DNA of 64,000 nucleotides from Styela clava (Eukaryota): NCBI RefSeq assembly GCF_964204865.1, contig NC_135261.1, positions 10,664,001 to 10,728,000 of the forward strand, read 5' to 3'. Shown piece by piece: positions 54,301 to 64,000 of this stretch (position 1 is its first letter; each line of letters starts with the position of its first letter). The notes under the pieces were generated by a model. It saw only the letters and a program-made list of their open reading frames with translations, ran no database searches and was not told where the DNA came from. The position numbers and the translations under genes were made by a program.

Positions 54301-57300
54301 GATCGTCTTTATTCAGGTTGTTGAACAACGACTTGTCGAATCCCTGTTGTGCGCTTGTATATATGGGATTTCTTCCCTCTCTTCAAAATCCAAGTACCAG
54401 CTCCTTTATGTTTTAATGTTACTTTAGTGAGCTCTTATCTCGACCACAATGATTGAAATTGTCAGAAGCGCAACAAATGTTTACCTCGAATCGCTATGCC
54501 GTAGTTATAACAGAAAGTTCAGTTTATTTCATTTAAATCTTCCATCATTGTGCATTTAGTAAAAAGGTAATTGTTAATTAATCTTTTTATTGTGAAGTAC
54601 ATTATTTTTCAACTAATAAGATACCACTTCGACATAGCTATTCACTTCATCAGTACGCATTGTTTATATAAATATAACTTCAGGGTTGAAGATAGTTAGT
54701 CAATAGCTATTACATCCAATTGAACAGCATTACTAAAAAAATAGAAGTTTTTCAACAACACTTTATTTTTATTATTCACTCTTTGGTATACGCATACAAT
54801 TGTTTTAACAGCAAAATGTACGACTTTTGAATCATAGATTGATTGACGTTCTCATGCTTGACAGCGTCAATCAATCAGAAAAAATTCCTGATCATATAAG
54901 CATTAACAATGTATCTGGAATAGCCATAATGAATGGACACTGTAATATGAGTTATTCGGACATGGATTGTGCACACGAAGAATATTTCACTCGTTGTCAG
55001 TGGTATTGGAGTTGGGAATTATCTTTTCACCTCCAAAATGATAAATCGGAAATTGGTGTAGAATACTCCAATTAATTTAAAAATGAATTTTATGTTCTGT
55101 TTAATTGCTGGCATTTAAACATATATATATCTAACGCCAACGACAACCTCTAAATGAAAAGATAACGATTGTATTAATATCGGGATCGACACAAAACAGG
55201 ATTATACAGAACTCGACGACGTTCGTCGACAACACCAATAAAGTCGAAATATCCAGTTTCATAACGTTTCGTCATAGGTCTCAAAGTCGAAAATTTTATT
55301 TCCGAATTCGGAATTCTCAAAACATTCGAATCCTACTTCAATATGATAAAGTTGGAAAGTACTAAATATTTTTAGTGTATTTCCATCATATTCAAAGCAA
55401 AAACACAAAATGTTGAGTTATAAATTATATTTTTAATCAAGAGCTGTCATATCCGTATAAATAATATCACAAATAAACCATTTGTTTTTGACGAAGCACT
55501 TATATCCTTATGTTAGAACAAGCAGTTTATTTTGCATATTCGTATGCAAGTAAAACGTTGATGTTTCGATAGATTGATTGACGTTGTCATTCTCCGAGAA
55601 TACTGAATCCCAAAAGAATATTTCAACTACTTACCTAGCATCTAGTGGACAGTTTCATATCGGGCGCCTTTAAATATATGGACTTCAAGATATTTTTCTG
55701 TAATTCGAAACAAATTTCCAAACATCATCAATATTTCCCGGATTCTCCTCATGCATAAATATTTCTATTTCTGAAAATATTCAATATGCTAATGTGCATC
55801 TCGACTTTTGACGCGCGTCAAATATTGTTTGACAACGTCAATCAAACAAAACATGTCATTGTTTAGATAATAGAAGCTCAAAAATTGTAAGCAAAACAAT
55901 GTTTGTGATTACACCCTGTAGGAAGTGGATAATTGAGAACCGAAGATCAGCCATCATCAGAATTTGTTAAAACTCGTCAGTTGTCAAATATCATATTAAT
56001 TATAAGGCTATATCATGATATTAGTTCATGAAATGATTTATTTTTACTGCCTAATAACCGGTAACCATGACTGAAACAAGCAAATTAAATTCAGAGGGAA
56101 CCCTACAGACGACGATCAATCTGTTGGGGTAGCTTTGCTCGTACTGGAGAGCCTTCTGATGGGTTAGAAAACTCTCTTGGAGATTTTCCTGACTGGTAAC
56201 AGTATTCGTCACCATCAATGTCAAAGCGGTATCTCGAAAGTATCCTCGAAACAATTTTCAAGGGATGAATCATGATTTTGATTAAGGTGAACTTATGATG
56301 AATAATTTGCCAATAATTAAATCATGAATTGAAATACATATTTATAACTGAACGCATTTGCAATCGTAGAGGTAGAAATTAATAACATACATATATTCAA
56401 TTTAGCAAAAAAATAGTTATGACCAACATGTCCTCATAATATCCTGGGCATCATTTTTTTTATCGTCACTTTTCAATTCCCCAAGTTTTACGTTAACTTA
56501 AAACAACCAAATCGGTCTGACTTTAGCACATTGTACAGTTATACTATCAACTGCCGAGCAGGATAATGGTGTTCAGCACAACACCATCGTCGGCAATATA
56601 TTGTGTGCAGGCATGCATCTTTCAAAAATCCCATATTTTATTTCACCAAAGACCAAAATTTGATGAAAAATCCGATTTGTTAAAAAATCATCTAAATTAA
56701 GAAATGAAGACCTAAAATTGAACATTTCATATGACATTGAATTATTTTGCACAAATCCTGGAATAACATAATATAAATATGTACGATTCATAACATGCAT
56801 TAAGTGGGAAAACTGTTCTAATCATAAAATATTAAATAACTGATCCCACCTTTGGGGGTAGCCCACAAGATTTCTTTAATATTTCTCCTTTTTTTAAGGG
56901 CTGATCCAAAGATGTCTAACTTGATTATCCGTTCATGTTGTAGTTTACAGGTGGCAAGAGTTATAGCTTGCATATTCTAAAATCGTTTAAATCTTCTAAA
57001 CCATTTCATGATTTTTTTACACAAAGTAACAACAAACCATGACTGGGAAAGTCTAGGAAAGTTCTGTATGGATTCAATACTGTTACCGACAACAACAGCT
57101 ACCGTAGTTGATGTAGAACGGATCCACCGATTCACCGAACGGATTCGGACAGGCCGAACGGATTCACCGATTTTCACAACGAGTAATGCAAGATCAGACT
57201 CTCAACATTCATTTATTTTTATTTTTTCCTGCCTGCTTTCACTTTTATGGTTGAACTTGAATGTCCAGGAAGAATAACCTATTATATTGATAACTGATAA

Positions 57301-58135
57301 TAATACGTCTTTTGGCCCAAATATATTATTTAATTACCTCATTAATTAAATACCTTTTCTTTAGTGTACTTTATTTCAGCTATCTGAGAATCACTCTACA
57401 ATACATGAACTAACAACCTCTATTGACTTTAATAAAATACACGCAGTCAATACATCTTGCTATATGAAATCCTATTTCATAAATATATATACCAAATAGG
57501 CTATGATGGATGCTTACCTGCCCTTTCACCCAAATTAATTCATTTATATATTTAACCATATTTTCATGCATATTTTGAGGTTGTTTTTTCGAGTTGCGCC
57601 TAAAGTGGTTTGCGTGTTTAAAACTATAATTTCACATGACATTTAACGGTATTAATTCCGAATGTCAACCCAGGTAGATCCAAATTTTAACTTCGTTCCA
57701 TGACTCCAATATTAGGAAATCGTTGCGTCTTCAAAAAGTTTGGGTTACTACTGTTTGATGAATAAAGTTGAATAAAATCCAGAAAAACACATTTAGTGTT
57801 ACAACAACGTACAATGTTTTTGAAAATTGTTCCGGAGAATACAAGCAAACGAACAGTAACCCCAACACCTGTTTCGCATAGTCGTTCCCGAAGTTGACGA
57901 TTAATCATCATTGGCTTTAAAAAACTATTATGACGTCATAATGGATATTAAGCATTGAGCCAAATACAAAAATGACGTTGTACTTAAGTTTTCAATTTGT
58001 TAACTGATTTTATTAAGATCGGATGCCCTTGATTCTTCTGATTATATTCTCCAAGTTTTTTGTTACTCTAAGTTGAGGTAATGTTTCCTAATTATCAATA
58101 AAATACCAGTCTTTCGAAACAGAAATGTACTAGAG

Positions 58136-58954
58136 CAGGGGTCACCATACGGCCCGCGGGCCAGATCCGGTCCGCGGAGTAAAATAATCCAGCCCGCGAT
58201 TCTTTACTGAATTATAGTAAGAAATCGGCTGTTTTGATGATTATATTCTTTACGTAACCTAATAACCTAATAACCTAACAAGTAAATAAGTAGGCTACTC
58301 TTTTATTAATTATAATTAGACAAATGGCAACAAACCGCAGAATAGTTTATGCTAAGTGCAAAGGGTTCAATGGCGCAGAAAATATTTAAATGAATTTTAT
58401 TGAGATGAGTAAATAAATTTATATTCCTTTTTAAGAAATGAAACTTTGCTTGATTTTTATAAAAAAGTATCTTCTTGAAAGAAAACCTTACCCCAATTTG
58501 AGTGACAAATCATGCGAATAATTTTCTATCGATGTTTGGAAGTACATACGCACGCGAACAATTATTTCAGAAAACGAAAATTACAAAGAACAAGCTGAGA
58601 TTAGTGATGCCCATTTATAAAATGTTTTTATCTTGGCTTCATTCAGTGTCCCATTCAGAAAACGTTTCCCATTCAGTGATGTTGGAAACTTATTAAGCGG
58701 GATGCAACAAAAAGTGTCACATTAAATGTCATTTGTAATTTTTCTTCTCAAGTAAAACGACTAAGTTGAGTTCACGAGTTGTCGCAGTCTTCGCACGCTG
58801 CTTAAATCTTAAAATGTCAACATCTGATCTGATCAAAAAGTTGCGATTAATCAGCCATACCTTCGGTTTTCAACTTTCTAAAAATATGTGACACCCAACA
58901 AGACTCGCAACCTTTAATTTTGGTCCGCGAGGGACAAAAGGTTGGCGACATCAT
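58136..58954 (+). mobile_element. Decayed hAT element, unit 7 (extra small deletions)
   Basis: Copy of 6747-7595; ORF 58502-58696 shows FLSMFGSTYAREQLFQKTKITKNKLR. Confidence 0.75.
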
Positions 58955-59613
58955 AAAGTTTTCTTATATGGTGCACAAATATCACCAGTATGTTATTAAG
59001 ATATATTAATTGTGGAATTTGGCAATAATATGATTGTTCTGAGACATTCTTTTTAATATAATTCCATTTCTCATCCAACATTTGTCATTCCTGAACCTAA
59101 CAATTTGACCTGTATTTCCCATTTTGATTTCTTGTGCATTGCTCAGAGTTTCATCTCAAGTTATCAATTTTTAGAAGTACAATTTCAATGAGAAGTTTGA
59201 AAGAATCGGTTGTGCTTTAATAGGGATTTGGGAAATGAATTTTCGGCACAACAGCTTTTTCTACTATTTCCACCCTGGCGTTACCGGGTCGCAAATAAAG
59301 GAGGTTACAAGGAGTATGAAGCATGCATGTTGAAAAATAAAGCGCCTTGTGCTTTGCGAAGTATGTAACTGATGTTATTGCATGATACAATTTTACATGT
59401 AAATGTATAGAAATAGAGTTCAATCCACACGTACTATCAAATCCCGGTCACTAAGAATGCTTCTAACCACATTATAACACTTCTATTTGCATTTGCTTAG
59501 AATTTATTGTCAATATCAGCAGATGGTAAAGGCAATTGGCATAAATTCATCAGCCTAATCTAAAACTAAGATATTTCCATGGTCGTTTGTCGTTCGGTTG
59601 ATGTCGGCGGTGT

Positions 59614-62270
59614 TTATATACATCTGACATATCTGAAGCCTCCGTCATACTTGACAATGCGGTAGGATTTGTACGTGCTGAAATAGGATTATGTTAAACA
59701 GGAAAAACTCTGATTCAATTCAATTACAAAACTAACTAAGACTTACCAGAATTGCTTGTAAGCAAAGCAATAAGAAGAAGACGTGGGCAACACGCATCCA
59801 TAATTATAGGTGATCTTAAGTTCTCGAAGTTGCACACAGTATGTACATTTGAATCCACAAGCATAATGCTCCTTCAGATCACTGAGATGTTTCCCCCAGT
59901 CTTGTTCAATCTTGGTTACTATGTCGGTGTGTTCTTTCTTCGTTTTCTCTTCGTAGGCGTTGTACAATTTTTGAGCTTCGTTGCCGAGTGGTTTGCCCAT
60001 ATAAAATTCAAGTAGTTTCAAATACTGTTCCGTTCTGAGTTGGGCAATCTAAACATTTTTGCAAGAATTATATAAATATAAATACATATTTTAAACAAAA
60101 TTTCACACTGTCAACCTTTTCCAATCTCTCTGTAATGCATTTCAGTCTTCTTTCAAACCGTTCCGATAAGCACTTTACGTAGCTTTCGATCTTTGTCTTT
60201 CTGGTAGATAGGCATGTTGCATATTGTGCAACATATTTGGCAATTCGCTCATTGAGCCTTTGCTCGTGGCAACCAATCATGTCAGTGTATGCCTTGGAAG
60301 CGCGAGAAAGGCGCTCCCCAAGCTTTTTTTCATACTCTGCAATCGCTTTTTTCTTTTGTTCGTCCAATGATTTCTGATATTCTTCTAGTGAAGTCAAGTT
60401 ATCTGCTGTGATGCAATTGTTTCTAGAAATATAAAGAGCAACTGAGCCAAATGTCATCTTATGATATACTTATTCACCGTGACACTTACTGTACTAAGTA
60501 ATTTGCTTTATAATACGTTATTAAACATTTGTGTCTCTCATCAACAATCTTTTTGAAAGACTCCAATGCCTTCTGATTAGTTATTTTTGCTTGCGCATAC
60601 CAATCATCATATGTTTTCTTCATGGATTCAATTATTGTCTTAGCTTTATTATCAAGGTCTTCTTTGAATTTTTGTTCGGTGATATTAACTTCATCTTAAG
60701 TGTAATAAAAACATTAAATTCAGTGAAACATAAAGACAACTGAGCAAACATTTTAGGACTTGCACTAACCGGTTTCACATTTTTTCAGCTCCTTGTATTT
60801 GATTGTCCTGTATTGGAATTTGTAGGTCAAGAAACGGAAGCAACTTCTTTGGGTGGTAATTTTGTACGTCCACCATTTCCCGATACTTCGACTATAAAGA
60901 AAAAACCAAGAGTAGAATTATATTGATATATACAATGTACCTGCCATTTATTTATAATTACCAATTGGTGTAAAATTGACTTCTGCCAAAACAGAGAGTT
61001 CCGCCGTATGCGCACTGATAAGCGCATGCGTAGCTTTTTACAAGTTCTCCGATAGCTGCAGTTAGCTTCGCGGTGTATTCGTCCAACTGTGTTTGATATG
61101 ATTGAGTTTCTTTAGTTTTGAAAGCCTCCAAAACTGCATTAACGTCTGCTCCGTTCCAATCCTCAGAACCTAAATGTAAAGTTCCATTGTGAATAAAAGT
61201 ATGTGCAAAATTCGAAAGAATAGAAAAAACTTACAATGGGCTCTGTATATGAGTTTTTGGAACACTTCAGATCTCTGTTTTACGATGGCTTCCATGACAC
61301 ATTTATATTTTGTTTCGTACTCTGTCACGCGCTTTTCGAGAGCTTTTTTGTATTCTTCCATTTTAGCTAAACGAGTGGTGAAGCATGTAACAGACCTGAA
61401 ATAAGAAAGGTTCGAATTTTTTGTTCTCTTGTTAACGGACATTTAAACTTACAGTAACCCACCTCTCGACAAGTTTTTCGTGATATTCCAGCACACAAGC
61501 GTATCTTTTCTTCATGTCATCGTTATAATTTTTTTTTGCCTCTTCCAACAATGAATCTAGTTTTGTATTATAATTTTCAATAGCCTTCTTGTTGGTCTCC
61601 TTCATTTCTTCTGACTCTTCCTGCAATCCCGTAATTCTAAAAATTCACGATGTTAGTAATTTGAGTAAGAAAAGAATACGTAAGAAAAAATTGTAAGAAG
61701 AAATACAAACTTCAAATACTGCTTTGTATATTCCTCGATAGCGTCTTCGTGCTTTGTCTTTGCCTCGGTATTTTGATTTGTTGCAGTTTCAACCCAATCA
61801 TCATATTTTTGTTGCATATCAAGATATATTTTATCGGCCACTTCTTTCATTTGTTTTTTAACTTCAGTTTCAAAAACGGCGACCGTCATCTCTATAATAC
61901 AAAAATTCATGCCTCAAAATGTGTGTTTCTCAAATTATTCAGAAAAACATATTAAGATACAATTCAGAATTACCTTCGAATCCATCCTCTGTGCATTTCT
62001 CTCCTGGATAGCTCTTCAGAACATTAGAGTAATATTTCGTTGTGAACCAAGCAGGACAGTAGTAGCTTTGGAAACTGTAGCATCCGTAATTGATTCGGTA
62101 AAATTGTCCGACATTGTAAGTAACATATCCGCAATGACTCGGTTGGTATAGAGCGGCATTGGCAACCTGTAAACATTATAATTTAGGCAAAATTGATAAA
62201 AAGAAACGAAGGGCACTATTTATCAAATACTTACGGCCAAACAGCCTAGAAGTAACAATAAAATCTTCAT
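59614..62270 (-). CDS. Same 11-exon secreted helical Cys-rich protein, copy 8 (mosaic, last in array)
   Basis: Colinear, frame intact; 3' exons share variants with copy 3 (YGC, KKCET), and part of exon 5 shares variants with copies 4-7. Confidence 0.87.
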
Positions 62271-64000
62271 GATCGTCTTTATTCAGGTTGTTGAACAACG
62301 ACTTGTCGAATCCCTGTTGTGCGCTTGTATATATAGGACTTCTTCCCTCTCTTCAAAATCCAAGTACCAGCTCCTTTAGGTTTTAATGTTACTTTAGTGA
62401 GCTCTTGTCTCGACCACAATGATTGAAATTGTCAGAAGCGCAACAAATGTTTACCTGAATCGCTATGCCGTAGTTATAACAGAAAGTTCAGTTTATTTCA
62501 TTCAAATCTTCCATCATTGTACATTTAGTAAAAAGGTAATTGGTAATTAATCTTTTTATTGTGAAGTACATAATTTTTCAACTCATAAGATACCACTTCG
62601 ACATCGCTATTCACTTCATCAGTACGCATTGTTTATATAAATATAACTTCAGGATTGAAGATAGTTAGTGAATAGCTATTACATCCAATTGAACAGCATT
62701 ACTAAAAAATAGAAGTTTTTCAACAACACTTTATTTTATTATTCACTCTTTGGTATACGCATACAATTGTTTTAACAGCAAAATGTACGACATTTGAATC
62801 ATAGATTGATTGACGTTCTCATGCTTGACAGCGTCAATCAATCAAAAATTTTCCCTGCTAATATAATCACTGGCAATGTATCTGAAATAGCCATAATGAT
62901 TGGATACTGTAATATGAGGTATTTGGACATGAATTTTGCTCACGAAGTATATTTCACTCGTTGTCAGTGGTATTGGAGTTGGGAACAATTTTTTTACCTC
63001 CAAGTTGATTTAGCGGAAATTAGTGTAGAATACTTCAATTAATCCAAAAACGAATTTTATGTTCTGTTCAATTGCTGGCATTTAAACACTTATAAAACTA
63101 ACGCCAACCAAAACCCCCAAATTAAAAGATTGAATTAATATCGAGATCGACACAAAACAGGATTATACGGAACTCGACGACGGTCGTCATAAACACCAAT
63201 AAAGTCAAAATATCCAGTTTCATAACGTTTCGTCATAGGTCTCAAAGTCGAAAATTTTATTCCCGAATTCCGAATTCTCAAAACATTTGAATCTTACTTC
63301 AGTATAGTAAAGTTGAAAAGTACTAAATATTTTAAGTTTATTTCTGTCATATTCAAAGCAAAAACACAAAATGTTGAGTTAAATACCAATTTTAAAGATT
63401 AATATATTTTTAATCAAGATCTGTACTATCCGTATAAATGCTATCACAAATAAACCATTTGTTTTTGATGAAGCACTTATATCCTTATGTTAGAACAAAC
63501 AGTTTATTTTGCATACTCGTTTGCAAGCAGAACTTTGGTGTTTCGATGGATTGATTGACGTTGTCATTCTCCGAGAATACTTAATTCCAAAAGAATATTT
63601 CAACTACTTAACCAGCATCTAGCGGACAGTTTCATATCGGTCGCTTTAAAAAATTTGGACTTTAGGATATTTTTTTGTAATTCGAAACGAATTTCCAAAC
63701 ATCATCAATATTTCCCGGATTCTCCTCATGCATAAATATTTCTATTTCAGGAAATATTCAATATGCTAATGTGCAGCTCGACTTTTGACTCGCGTCAAAT
63801 ATTGTTTGACAACGTCAATCAAACAAAATATGTCATTGTTTAGATAATAGATGCTCAAAATGGTAAGCAAAACAATGTTTGTGATTACATCCTGTAAGAA
63901 GTGGATAATTGAAAACCGAAGATCAGCCATCATCAAAATTTGTTAAAACTCGTGTTCAGGCATAATTGCACTCGAACATCACTTCATTCATCTTCAAACC

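Larger units (their letters stand above)
1..63953. repeat. Tandem segmental array of ~8.07-kb units (8 gene copies; left end lies outside the window)
   Basis: The same ORF set recurs at 411, 8384, 16459, 24535, 32612, 40678, 51781 and 59743. Units are near-identical but each has private SNPs/indels. Homology to the unit stops at ...aaaactcgt|gttcagg (63953). Confidence 0.98.

Noticed and set aside
1-63953. Array as a pure assembly artefact
   Set aside because: Units carry distinct structured differences (transposon, two footprints, deletions, SNP blocks), which duplication of one sequence would not create; the exact copy number still needs read-depth confirmation.
1-64000. rRNA/tRNA/histone-type tandem cluster or prokaryotic operon
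   Set aside because: No recognisable rRNA, tRNA or histone sequence; spliceosomal introns and eukaryotic transposons indicate a eukaryotic protein-gene array.

Overview
AT-rich eukaryotic (probably invertebrate animal) DNA made almost entirely of a head-to-tail tandem array of eight ~8.07-kb units. Periods measured from homologous ORF starts are 7973, 8075, 8076, 8077, 8066, 11103 and 7962 bp. Each unit carries an 11-exon minus-strand gene that the ORF track fragments. Spliced by hand at GT..AG introns of ~65-82 nt, it gives an open 650-aa secreted protein (signal peptide MKILLLLLGCLAVANA) built from two homologous Lys/Glu-rich helical halves flanked by Tyr/Cys-rich segments. I do not recognise the family, and all eight copies look intact. 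The spacer of units 1-7 holds decayed carboxylesterase-like exons, an internally deleted hAT (Charlie/SPIN-like) element and a palindrome-rich ~1.1-kb segment. Unit 6 contains a 3038-bp pogo-superfamily DD35D DNA transposon with a TA target duplication, itself carrying an in-frame poly(A) insertion. Units 4 and 5 carry two different excision footprints at exactly the same TA site. The units are recombinant mosaics. Homology degrades after ~62845 and ends at 63953, which appears to be the array edge. All of this comes from reading the sequence; no database searches were run.
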